From Phoronis australis (Eukaryota; Animalia; Phoronida): a DNA stretch of 45,408 nt. How positions within the stretch are numbered: the stretch's first letter is position 1; every line of letters begins with the position of its first letter. The DNA lies in NCBI GenBank assembly GCA_002633005.1, contig NMRA01001162.1, forward strand, positions 1-45,408, written 5' to 3'. Below the pieces are notes generated by a model. That model did not search any database, was not told where the DNA came from, and saw only the letters and a program-made list of their open reading frames with translations. Below, piece by piece: positions 26,601 through 35,914 of the stretch. The position numbers and the translations under genes are program-made.

Positions 26601-29600
26601 GCATGTGTGATGAAACTTGCTGATTTCTATGNCGTTCATGTAATGTAATGCATGTGGCGGCCAGACTATTCAACTTTCTCCGCTTACTGTTACATTGTAG
26701 CTACTCACGCAAAATTACGTGGTCAACAATATCATTTCGAGTGTTACAATGTTGCAGTACATCTTATAAATTCACTGTCTACTCCTCAAAAATGCTAAGT
26801 AGAACGAATTGGTCGCAGTAGCCGACGAGACAAAAGAAAAATGAAGATACACTGCAGAGACAGTTGGAAATGACAATGCAAAAGGCCACAATGAGTACAA
26901 ATCAACCTCTAGCGGGGGCAATCTCGTCTTAGAACTCCAGACAATGTAATATAAGGGTATTTGGTGAGGTTGCAGGAGCAGTTTGTGGGGAGATGCGTCA
27001 TGTATTTCCTCAGATACAGAATAAATTTATGGCGGATCACGTCAGGGAAAAATGCTGAACCAAATTAACACAGCCAAATACTAAGGAATGATGTTTGACA
27101 GTACACCTGAAGAATCCCACGTAGACCAAATGTTGAAAATCGTACGTAAGTAAAAATTGACAGGTGCAATCCCACCACTACATGTATGTCAGCAACTGTT
27201 AAAAAGACTTGTAAATACAAGGTGGAGCTCTCCTTTCTATGGTCATAGTGGTCATGGACAATTGCTGTATGCTGAGATTCTCGAAGCCTTAACAATCCTG
27301 TATGATCCTGATTACAAAAGGTTCTTCTAATGTCTTCTCATAGCTATCAGCGAATCCACCTCTTAGGACGAGGTACTTCACGAAGTCAATGGTAACCAAG
27401 AGTACATTCAAACCAAAAGCTTAACACTTGACAAAGTCGTTAAAAATCAACCCGTGATAATATTCCCCAACAGTGTTGTTCAAAATGACGTTGGACAGGC
27501 AACCATGAAAACCCGAGTGCAGTCTTCAGATGTCGGTCTGTCGTTGACGGACCGAAATAAAGGGGAATGTTAGTCTAAGAATGCTTGGACAGATTAGCAA
27601 TTCAGTTGAATTCGAAAGCAAAGCCGCAAATGGTGGATTTGTTCGAAATCATCGTAACCACTAATTTGGTCAACTCCTGCGAAGATTGCATTAAGGCATG
27701 TGTGATGAAACTTGCTGATTTCTATGACGAAATTTGTGCTTCCGAACTGGCATTCGAAATACCGAGATTGAGAAGACACTTGAACACGGCTAGAATTCAA
27801 GACGAGAATGTCAAGAATGAGACTCCACTGGACGCAATTAAGTTCATTTTAGAATGAGAGTTTTGTAGCTTAAAGTTGTTTCTATCAATTTGTGTATCTC
27901 TGGCGTCATCTTTCAAAAGACGTTTTTCAAAAATAAATTTCGTATTTGAGATCTAGTGCCCCGAACCCAGTTGAATGCTAGTTGTTTTCCGCATAAAAGC
28001 CCGTTTTTGAACACATCTAGTGAGCGTACGTCAGGCAAATTTTCTGAAGATACATGTACGTCCAATGAGTTATACTTGGGAAAATTGTGTGCTTGAAAAC
28101 TGACTTAGAATTATTAGCCCGGATGTTTATTTTGATTTGGCTTTTGATCCCTAAGTCAATTTTCTGAATATGCACCCTGGACTTTCATGCAGTAATTTCT
28201 GGTATATAAATTTGGCTTTATTTTTGTCCATGTGCATGTGTTGTGCGTTTTTGGCCCCAAGGTTTACTAGCACTTGTGAGCACAATTCTGTTTCATTAGT
28301 CTACTGTTATAATGCATTTATAGCCTTGTACATGAACATGCAGTACACGAAGTTTAAACCACAATAAATTCTGCATTTTGTCTCTCACACCGCATGACTT
28401 TCCAAGTTCTTAAACCATGATGAGGCTGAGCTAGTTTGCTTTTGTGAGAATCTTAACCCCGGGTGACACTCACACTTCGTACATGTACACCATTTATGCC
28501 TTGTAATGCAACCATTAGTAATTAGCATTGTCATGTTTCTTTAGTTTAAATTATGTTGTAAACCAATCATTCTGTCCACCTTGTCTTTACTCGTTCTATT
28601 AATAACGTCTGCACTCTAGATATAGCTTCTGCTTTCGACTGTGTCTACTTCACAAACTTCGATCCTATGGCATTACTGGTAATCTTTTAACCATGATCAC
28701 TTCAGATCTCTCCGATAGAACATACAGTGTTCGTGTCGACGGAGTACTTTCAACTTTATCCCCTGCTGGATTTGTAAACGCAGATGTACCGCAGGGTAAC
28801 GTATTGGGCCCTCTTCTCTCCTGGGTTTATATTAATGACCTTCCTGATAACCTGTCATGTAGCACATAGCTTAATGCAGATGACACGGCGCTTTTTTATT
28901 CCTTCGCAGGGAGCAGCCCTGAANNNNNNNNNNNNNNNNNNNNNNNNNNNNNNNNNNNNNNNNNNNNNNNNNNNNNNNNNNNNNNNNNNNNNNNNNNNNN
29001 NNNNNNNNNNNNNNNNNNNNNNNNNNNNNNNNNNNNNNNNNNNNNNNNNNNNNNNNNNNNNNNNNNNNNNNNNNNNNNNNNNNNNNNNNNNNNNNNNNNN
29101 NNNNNNNNNNNNNNNNNNNNNNNNNNNNNNNNNNNNNNNNNNNNNNNNNNNNNNNNNNNNNNNNNNNNNNNNNNNNNNNNNNNNNNNNNNNNNNNNNNNN
29201 NNNNNNNNNNNNNNNNNNNNNNNNNNNNNNNNNNNNNNNNNNNNNNNNNNNNNNNNNNNNNNNNNNNNNNNNNNNNNNNNNNNNNNNNNNNNNNNNNNNN
29301 NNNNNNNNNNNNNNNNNNNNNNNNNNNNNNNNNNNNNNNNNNNNNNNNNNNNNNNNNNNNNNNNNNNNNNNNNNNNNNNNNNNNNNNNNNNNNNNNNNNN
29401 NNNNNNNNNNNNNNNNNNNNNNNNNNNNNNNNNNNNNNNNNNNNNNNNNNNNNNNNNNNNNNNNNNNNNNNNNNCAACTCTTTTACGAGTATAAAAAATA
29501 ATTTTAGATTAGTTTTTCACAATTTTGATATTTCAGCACCCTTAACTCAATTCTCCCTTTCCCGCGGTAACGAAATAGCATTGTACAGATCAAGATGAGG

Positions 29601-32600
29601 TCTTTTCCTCAATTCTGACAAGTTTAGGCATAACTTAAGTAATGTTTCTCCAAACTGTAAATGTGGTGACCATCAATGTTATCCTCATATTTTCTTCAAA
29701 TGTCCCCTCATCGAATACCTGTGAGACTCACTCTTTCATGCACTCACAATTTAAACCAATCAATTGCTAATTTTCTCAATTCTTGTACTACTAAATTTAC
29801 ATTATTATTGAATGGTAGTCCTAACTTTGACGTCGTTCTCAATGAATTCCTCCTAAGCAACGTTGGCAAACTTTTATGTACCGTTTATCAATATTGCTGC
29901 TCCTGATTTCCATACATGAATCTGTACATGTTTTTGTTATATATTCGCAATAGCATATCTAATTATTGGGATACTTATATTAGATACTATTTAAATGTAT
30001 ATACCTCTATGTATATTTGTTTCAATTATAAATTGTTTACAACCCAGAAATAATGCTTAGAGATTTCTGGGTTTGTCATCATTTCTTTCTATGTCTTGTG
30101 TATTCTTCAATAAATATATATCACTTTAAAAAACAAGTCGGCACTATTTGAAATCCAGACTATAAGACGATAATCGGTGCTTCTGCTTATCCTCATTCGA
30201 TCATGTTTCCCACCCATCACGCTAGATTTTCATGGAATCCCAATATTCTTACAGATTAACAGTGACCTCAATCTAGTTAGAAATTTTCTGCCTACCTCAC
30301 ATTTACAGCTTCGTCAACTTGCTCCAAAACTTAATTCTGTTCGAGCAAATATCGAAACTCAAAAATCTCAACTAATTAATGAAATAATAAAAATAAACAA
30401 TCAGCGCTTTGATCATTAACAAGATCACGACCCTGCAAATATAGTGTAACGAACTGTTGTGTTGCCCACGCATATCGCCACTGTCGGGCGTCGCATCCAT
30501 GTCATACCAAACGGACGTGGAACTTTCCTCGGGGTCCCATGAAGAAATGGACGGAAATGAGCCATTATTAAATAGCCATTATAACAAATGGAAATCCTAA
30601 CTGATAATCGTTAAGACTTTAATGTTAGAAATACATGTAAATGGTTCCTGATGCTTTATCGTGTAAAAAATATTTTTCTATTATTTCACTCGATTACTTT
30701 TACCGCATTCAACTGTAACGTTCTCCCAACGTAAAGCGCTTGAAATGTCATAGATTAAATAATGTTTAATTATTCATGCAACGGGAAAACGGGCAATAGT
30801 GATCTTTTCCCAAATCAATTAAAAAATTGCAAAGACGGCATCAAAGTTTAAAACAGTTTTGAAGTATTTTCTGTTAAAATACATTACATGTTGTCACTTT
30901 TTGAATGTAATAATCTTGTTACTGTACAATGTGTTCACTTTTATTTCAGAGTTTGTTAAAGTGACTGGAACTGACTATGGTTTTGACTTGACTTGGGACC
31001 TTCCTGGTGTGGTCATAATTTTTTTGTTCAATGAAATATGTTTCGTCAAATACACCATTTAAACAGCAACATCCGTTTTGTTTCTTTCAACAGATTCGTG
31101 TGTATGTACAGTCGAATTCTTGCAGGACGTTTCTATTATGAAGGTTGTATCAAACTCTGTCTTTAATTTGCACATGGTTTACTAAAGGTACGTTACACCC
31201 GATTGAGTTTCGTTTTTTTAAACTCTATGTGGAAATGAAACGATGACGTCAACGAAACTTGGAATTACTTTAGTCGCTATTTTTGATAATGCCCATTAAG
31301 AGGTGTCAGAGTCGTCTGACTACTGTGTAATCACGTCGTAGTGAAATTCTTGCGTTGTAGCTGACCGAAACCATGGATAAACTACACTGCACTCCCGGCG
31401 TGTCAGGTGCAATGAAACAATAAGTCGTGTAGATAGTTCGTCAATTCAGCTGTAGGTGACGGGAACTATGTGAAACACGGATTCGGTTGTATGCTGTGCG
31501 ACTTCAAGATAATAACACTATAAATTTGCTGATTATTTTTTGTAAAATCTTTGTTCAGGCAGACATTCTGAAATGTTAATGAACAATGGCACCAAAAATA
31601 CAGCCGTGGTTATTTTGGTGGATTAGCAGCGAACCTGCAATCTGCTTACTAACTCGTCGGGGGCCTCGAAGTCTGGTTACCCTTCCACAGAACCGGCAGG
31701 CGGGGCAAACGTTGTAGAGTAATGTATATTAATATCTAAATAAAGATTTCCCTAACATCTGACCATAGGATATAAAATGAAGTTATTGTTTCAAGACAGA
31801 TTTCTGTCAGCAAACACTGAATTAGCATGCGCTGACACGGCATCGCTGTCCGGCCAATTTTTTGTTTATTTCACCTACAGCCGGTAACGCAGTGATTTAT
31901 TCGTTGCTGGCTTCTCAAAACATTTGCACTCACGAAGACTCCAAAGGCATTACAAATTGTCTCTAATGAGACAGGCTTTGTTTCAGTTTGATATAAGCAT
32001 TGGTTAGGGTGAGAATAATTCATTTTGAAAGAAAACGCACAATAATAAACGTCAAGGTGGCAACTTTCAATCCCGACTTAGACGAGTGCTCATTCTACGA
32101 AGACTCCAAAGGTCGACCGTTAGGTTTCACAGGCTATCAGTTCGAAACGAAATGCAATGACCAAGAAATACTAGAGAGGCGCCGTGAACGTGCACAGACA
32201 ACGAAGCATATGGATAGTTCCGACAACTGTTTGAATGACTTGTCATGCTGTCAGTGCGCTAACTGCAGGATAATGGAAACGACTGACGCCAGCGTTTGCT
32301 GCCACGAAATTCCGTCAAGTGAAAAGCGTTCATGGAGAAGCGCAGATGTGTTTCACTGACCATCCTGATTTTGCACTGCTTCTAAACAGAGGTGTGCTTA
32401 CGACGTTTATTAGGGCTGGGAAAAAGAACTGGCGAAAACATCCTACACCAGAGGACCGAACAGGGGCCTGAACAATGAGTTAGTCATCAAACAGGATATA
32501 CATGACGGTATAAAACGTTATGTTCTCATGCCTTGAATTAATTTTAATTGTTTATGTTTTCATGGGCAACTACAATTCTCTATAATTAAAAACTGAACAG

Positions 32601-33571
32601 CAACCGATCCGCGTTTCTTTGTCTCTTGCCTGCCGAACGCAAACGAATTAGGCACAACATCTGACTTCAATCCCAGTCTCTTTTTTCTTCCCTGGTATGA
32701 GCCGTTTAGTATGCCGGCATTTTATCGTCAGTGACGACGAAATGCCGGCCACAGACACGGAAAAGTTTCACGGTCTCATACTTGGTATTAACGGAGTACG
32801 TTTCATACTTCATTACTGCCAGCTTCTTCCGAAGCGTTATGGGCTCTAGAGGAAACCGAAAAAACAACGATTTACCCGCTTTTCTCGCAGCTTCATAGTT
32901 CGCACAAGCGAGTATGATACACCACACGATAGCGGCACTCACTTTGTAGAAGAACCACTGACGTCGCTGCGTCGTTTCTCCCCTTCCTCACAGGTTACCG
33001 CGGCAGCTCTCGGTGAAGTAAGATCGAACGTATACGAGGTGATGTAGATATAGACCGATTAAAACGGTAAAAAGACTATTTAAATGGGGTGGTATTCTCC
33101 TTTAACTTTTGAGGTCGAAATATGACGCAAGTGGTGTTAGGGGGCTTGCATAAGCTGTTAAGTTATCTTACGAGTTGGGTGGTTTGCATTTTTGAAGCTT
33201 GAAACTAATTGTCCATCAATGGTTAATTAATCAATTTGTATTTGGCGCATTTCCAGACGCTTTAAACAGAATGAAAGTAAAACGAAGCATAAACTAGTAC
33301 ACACTTTTCACAACTCCGCCATTCCTCTATGCGTGGACGGTTTTAAGTTAAACAAGTGTCGACGTTAAGACATAATCCTCGCTGTGTGAAGAAAATTTAA
33401 GACGTTAGACGTAAACTGCAGGTTATTTGAAAGTCAAAAATAGAGACGTATCCAATAGGCACAATATTTTGTTTTCAGTTTTCACACGATTCTAAAATGT
33501 GTTACCAAGTCACCATAATAAACAGAACAGCTATGTATTATTATCAAATGGTTTCACACGACAAATCTTGA
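5412..33571 (+). CDS. Spliced gene model: secreted CAP/SCP-domain + EGF-like protein, 329 aa; join(5412..5627,9680..9756,10966..11155,16253..16410,19603..19637,23184..23297,30950..31006,31094..31143,33479..33571)
   Basis: All introns are GT..AG, and phases 0,2,0,2,1,1,1,0 join into one 990-nt open frame. Features in order: signal peptide; CAP motifs HNQLR, EWDDMLAGRAQ..ANTC..RH, GQN, WWEE..Y, CGHYLQMAWQKTHKVGCG, VCNYYP, RPY; then a 6-Cys EGF-like module. Confidence 0.8.
7216..7748 (+). repeat. Diverged ~535-bp direct repeat, copy A (intron 1)
   Basis: Aligns collinearly with 8650-9189 from caatgaaaaatcaactgttagtcccggtagt to gagcctcgctttggattttaatgtccgcc, roughly 80% identical by eye. Confidence 0.9.
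8343..8397 (-). mobile_element. hAT-type MITE terminus fragment
   Basis: Reverse complement reads CAGCGGCGGATTTAGAGGGGAGACAAGTGGGCCATGCCCTCCCC, a CAG-start terminus typical of hAT-derived MITEs. Confidence 0.45.
8650..9189 (+). repeat. Diverged ~540-bp direct repeat, copy B (intron 1)
   Basis: Collinear with 7216-7748. Confidence 0.9.
9680..9756 (+). CDS. CAP-EGF gene exon 2
   Basis: Acceptor ttctttgtag; EWDDMLAGRAQLTANTCELRHSYHQ (CAP W-D..LA..AQ..A..C...H motif); donor GTAAGT, phase 2. Confidence 0.9.
10966..11155 (+). CDS. CAP-EGF gene exon 3
   Basis: Acceptor tttgttcag; YCPGVSYLSSKPSGQNYLRYG...VRGWWEEKSQYNYITDTCDPGRICGHYLQ; donor GTGCGT, phase 0. Confidence 0.92.
11800..12150 (+). mobile_element. 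Possible highly degraded RTE-like LINE fragment
   Basis: KLILYQATVEASLMY near 11927-11970 resembles the RTE post-RT motif (LF.ATVESVLLYG). Otherwise heavily decayed. Confidence 0.25.
12445..15700 (-). mobile_element. CR1/L2-group non-LTR retrotransposon, decayed ORF2 (APE endonuclease + RT) with 3' UTR
   Basis: Minus-strand fragments LRIAHLNILSL, IGAVYRPP, ITGDFNL, GAVLIDLKKAFDT, GVPQGSILGPLLFCIF, LYADDT and FKYLGL, broken by stops and frameshifts. The 3' UTR has a TG-rich microsatellite and an A-rich tail near 12445. The 5' end may extend to ~16055. Confidence 0.9.
12758..12902. repeat. Degenerate (CA)n/(CATA)n microsatellite in the LINE 3' UTR
   Basis: acacatacatacatacataa-type runs. Confidence 0.8.
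16253..16410 (+). CDS. CAP-EGF gene exon 4
   Basis: Acceptor ttctcatcatag; MAWQKTHKVGCGYKYC...FFFVCNYYPSVRDPD completes CAP signature 1 and contains signature 2; donor GTAGGT, phase 2. Confidence 0.92.
17310..18909 (+). mobile_element. I-group (Nimb/Ingi-like) non-LTR retrotransposon, 5'-truncated and internally deleted
   Basis: RT N-terminal motifs KAPGND, WKKAIIIPILKKG, QSGFR..RSTEDQ and AVFVD..KAF..VW join at ~18467 directly to the C-terminal region (EQVTIFRLR.AH..L..YMHRLKI). The element ends in an (AAG)n tail at ~18886-18909. Confidence 0.8.
19603..19637 (+). CDS. CAP-EGF gene exon 5 (35-nt micro-exon)
   Basis: Acceptor tttccattccag; (S)HHRPSSRPYGP contains the RPY motif expected after a CAP domain. 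It converts phase 2 to phase 1 exactly as needed to join exon 4 to exon 6; donor GTTTGT. Confidence 0.75.
20461..22140 (+). mobile_element. Kolobok-type DNA transposon derivative, copy 1 (THAP remnant on +, KolX/P2X7-like remnant on -)
   Basis: TTAA at 20457-20460 and 22141-22144. TIRs AGGAGAAAGCCACCC / AGGAGCATGCCACCC (13/15 match). THAP-like remnant LPRKSEMLRKWHMVV...LRVCG at ~20630-20815. Region 20461-21470 is homologous in inverted orientation to 31610-33101. Confidence 0.8.
23184..23297 (+). CDS. CAP-EGF gene exon 6 (EGF-like domain)
   Basis: Acceptor tcctcatttacag; DCLTTPGEEECNKRGTYNFQTCECTCEVGFSGKWCEFK with six Cys and a CxC..G..G..C ending. Symmetric phase 1-1 exon; donor GTGAGT. Confidence 0.9.
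23707..23934. repeat. Perfect 63-bp inverted repeat (23707-23769 / 23872-23934), 102-bp spacer
   Basis: The two arms are exact reverse complements (gaatttgttgaatgc...cgttcatactt / aagtatgaacg...gcattcaacaaattc). Confidence 0.95.
25348..28485 (+). mobile_element. Decayed hAT-superfamily (ZMYM1/Tip100-like) transposon
   Basis: MFDSTPEESHVDQMLKIVR (hAT D-ST-D.SH.EQ motif) near 26010 and 27090. C-terminal ...IPRLRRHL...LDAIKFI...LKLFLSICVS at 27585-27930. GGGTGACAC(C) subterminal motifs near 25361 and 28461. Boundaries are approximate. Confidence 0.7.
25555..27726 (+). repeat. ~1.08-kb near-identical tandem duplication (25555-26631 / 26633-27726) joined at a single N
   Basis: Both copies start cgttcatgtaatgtaatgc and end ctgatttctatg, differ by scattered SNPs and small indels, and meet at N26632. 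Confidence 0.9.
28600..30125 (+). mobile_element. CR1/L2-like LINE 3' part spanning the assembly gap
   Basis: Before the gap: VPQGNVLGPLL, YINDLPDNL and ADDT RT motifs. After the gap: LNSDKFRHNL...PNCKCG...HIFFKCP (CCHC-like), then an AT-rich 3' UTR with AATAAA. Confidence 0.75.
28924..29474. other. Assembly gap (551 N)
   Basis: Run of N. Confidence 1.
30950..31006 (+). CDS. CAP-EGF gene exon 7 (tentative)
   Basis: Strong acceptor cttttatttcag; phase-1 entry gives EFVKVTGTDYGFDLTWDLP; donor GTGTGG at 31007. Confidence 0.6.
31094..31143 (+). CDS. CAP-EGF gene exon 8 (tentative)
   Basis: Follows an 87-nt intron with acceptor tttgtttctttcaacag; DSCVCTVEFLQDVSIMK; donor AG|GTTGTA, phase 0. Confidence 0.55.
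32000..32478 (+). pseudogene. KolX / P2X7 cytoplasmic ballast-like Cys-rich protein remnant
   Basis: GYQFE...CCQCANCRIMETTDASVCCHEIP, then after a frameshift CFTDHPDFALLLNRGVL. This matches the C.C..C..M......CC.E...C.T.HP.F pattern of P2X7-like zinc-coordinating domains. Confidence 0.75.
32706..32942 (-). pseudogene. THAP zinc-finger domain (N-terminus of a deleted transposase)
   Basis: WCIILACAN...FFRFP...LRKK...FRVCGRHF fits the THAP C2CH pattern. No DDE core follows. Confidence 0.8.
33479..33571 (+). CDS. CAP-EGF gene exon 9, terminal coding exon (tentative)
   Basis: Acceptor attttgttttcag; phase 0 reads FSHDSKMCYQVTIINRTAMYYYQMVSHDKS*, while the other two frames stop sooner. AATAAA hexamers occur at ~34228-34298. 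Confidence 0.5.
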   Translation, partial: FSHDSKMCYQVTIINRTAMYYYQMVSHDKS

Positions 33572-34384
33572 CAGCGAAGAACGGAACTCGATGTACAAAA
33601 ATGCTAAGGTTGCCAACTGCATACTCGACCACGTTTTTAGAGTTACGGCGCCATTCACGTTACGTTATCAGAACTTGTCCACCAGTATCAATGACAATAT
33701 AAGTCGTAAAGCTCACACGCAATCGTATATAAGGACCAGCATAAACTACGTATACACGCGTCTTTTTATTCACGCATGGAGCTGTAAGTAGTCGTCATTT
33801 CGTTGTCTTGGTACCTAAAAGGGTTTCTTTGGCAGTATTTTCTTCAGTGATTAGAGTTTTCTAACTGTGAATCCTCAATAATGTAAGTAGTACCTTTTAC
33901 ATCTATGTCTGCTTTTGTGCGCATTATTTTTTCGTTTCCTTTTATTCACCAATTTAGAGCACAGATGCGGTTCCTAAGGCGAAAGATGTATGTATCATTA
34001 AAACATAAAGTTAACGTTTTCTAACGTTCATCGCTGGTTGTGTTTGCCTTATTTTACCATTAGTTTTTACATGTCAGTGGGTGGGGTTTCAATAGAAACT
34101 GCATTAGATATGACAACAGTTGCGTGAGTACTCATAATGCATAAGTCATCTGTCACTCACTGAGTCGGTTAGTTTTTTGTGGTGGTGCACAATCCAAAAT
34201 CCATTGCAAATTGAGTTATTGGGGACAAATAAAACAACAAGAATAATAAATATTTTAAGTTGTGTTGGGAATTTCAGGGTCACAGCTCTACAAATAAAGA
34301 TTTCACAGAAGGAACCAGATGGGTTCCCTAATTACAAGAGATAACACACACATTTCCGATACTCAAAGTGTAATTAAGTATCGG

Positions 34385-34562
34385 ATACCAAGTGGCACAG
34401 GTTAGCATAGTACCAAATGGGTACATAGTACCAAAAGGGGTATTGGCCGATTGCCTACTAACTGGGTCGAGCAAAGGGGCAAATTCAATAACAAGTATCA
34501 AGTGGGTACAAACTGCCAAATGGGTAAATATCATATAAAGTACCAAGTGGGTACACCAAACA
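34385..34562. repeat. Dispersed TACCAA(A/G)TGGGTA motif array
   Basis: About six copies: taccaagtggca, taccaaatgggta, taccaaaagggg, tatcaagtgggta, tgccaaatgggta, taccaagtgggta. Confidence 0.7.
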
Positions 34563-35914
34563 GGCAACTGGGCTATAACAACCTGCAAAGCAGGTTCTGG
34601 ACAATCTGAGTGAGCAGACCAGCTGGAGTGATAAAAAGAGATATTGTAAGGAACGTGGTGTTGTGGCTCAGTATGTGCCGAAAGCTGTGACCGGGGTGGA
34701 GAGAAGCAAGCTGCAGTAATGGATGCTCAAGTACAGGTCTGGCCGCTAGCCAATGACCACGCTCCAGGCTTGAAGAAGGTACCAGCAGTGGCTGTAAAAA
34801 CAAAAATAACCAACAGCGGATTTTGTTCGGCAGAAGGAATGGAGCGTGGGAAATTTAGCAAACGGTTGACGTGAAATTTTGTGGTACCCCCGGTAGGGAG
34901 GGTGGGAGAGGTATCAACTTGTCTAATTAGGAAAACTTACGAGTGAATGTACTGTTGCTTGAGGCTGGGCCAACAGAAAGCTAGAGAGAAAGAACAAACA
35001 GCGCAACCATCGGACATGGTAGGAACTAACCAGGATTTGGATATGAAGCATGAAGGGCTCTATAATGGTATTTGCCCAAATAATAGGATTTATGTCAGAG
35101 TGTCATCAATCTCATTATGTTTAAAAAGCCTCTAGATTTAGATGCTTTTACTTTTACAATTGGTTTAATAATTATGACCCGTGACCGTATTTTTCTGTAA
35201 AATTCAGAAAAAAGGTACATTGATGGCAAAATAACGGTATGAATAACATCAATTTTATTTGATATATAATGTTCAAAGTGAAAGCTTAAAAAGTTACTGA
35301 ACAGTTTTCTGTAATAACATTTCGTTTTGTTTTGCGCAATTTTAAAGTTGTTCATTAACATAATGACACTGATGTAAAAATGATACGATGGTTCTAAGCT
35401 AGCCAAGTTTGGGCATTTGTCTAGGGTACCAGACAATTTGATCTTAAAGCGATGTGACTGAAGCAGACCATATTAAAGGCTGTTGCACTGACCAAACGAT
35501 AAAAATGTGCACCTTGTGTTCAACCTAGGCCTACATGTATACCGGTACATGAAGTCAACGACTTTCATTCCTAGTGTCACCAAAACCAAGAAATAAAAAC
35601 AAAAATACACAGTATTTCATGGTTCACTGCATGTGAGATTTCTGTTAGTAGTTGCTGGTCAACATTAGACCCATGAACCAAAGATCAGTATAAAAATACG
35701 TGCAATTTGGCAGTGGTTATTGAGTGTCCGAAACTACTTGAAGAATCACTGGTATCATTTAGTGTCTAAAGGTTGAACACATAATGCAGTAGGCGACGTA
35801 CTTCTTGTAAAAAATAACTGGAATGTCTTCCATTAGCATTTTTACATCGTGTGAACTAGACGAACCGTCAAATGGGTTGGGACCCACACTGGTCGACTCT
35901 GTTTACACGACTGT

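Larger units (their letters stand above)
31186..33101 (-). mobile_element. Kolobok-type DNA transposon derivative, copy 2 (THAP on -, KolX/P2X7-ballast-like on +)
   Basis: The right end, reverse-complemented, reads TTAA|AGGAGAATACCACCCC (TTAA at 33102-33105). The tentative left end is CTAA|AGGTACGTTACACCCGATT at 31186. It carries convergent THAP and Cys-rich ORF remnants. Confidence 0.75.

Noticed and set aside
28784-29494. Long ORFs of 236 aa and 193 aa in the ORF track
   Set aside because: They are almost entirely X residues from the N gap.
32000-32359. A host P2X7 receptor or THAP transcription-factor gene
   Set aside because: There is no P2X ectodomain or TM sequence. The remnants are frameshifted, lie inside TIRs with TTAA, and have a second decayed copy at 20461-22140.
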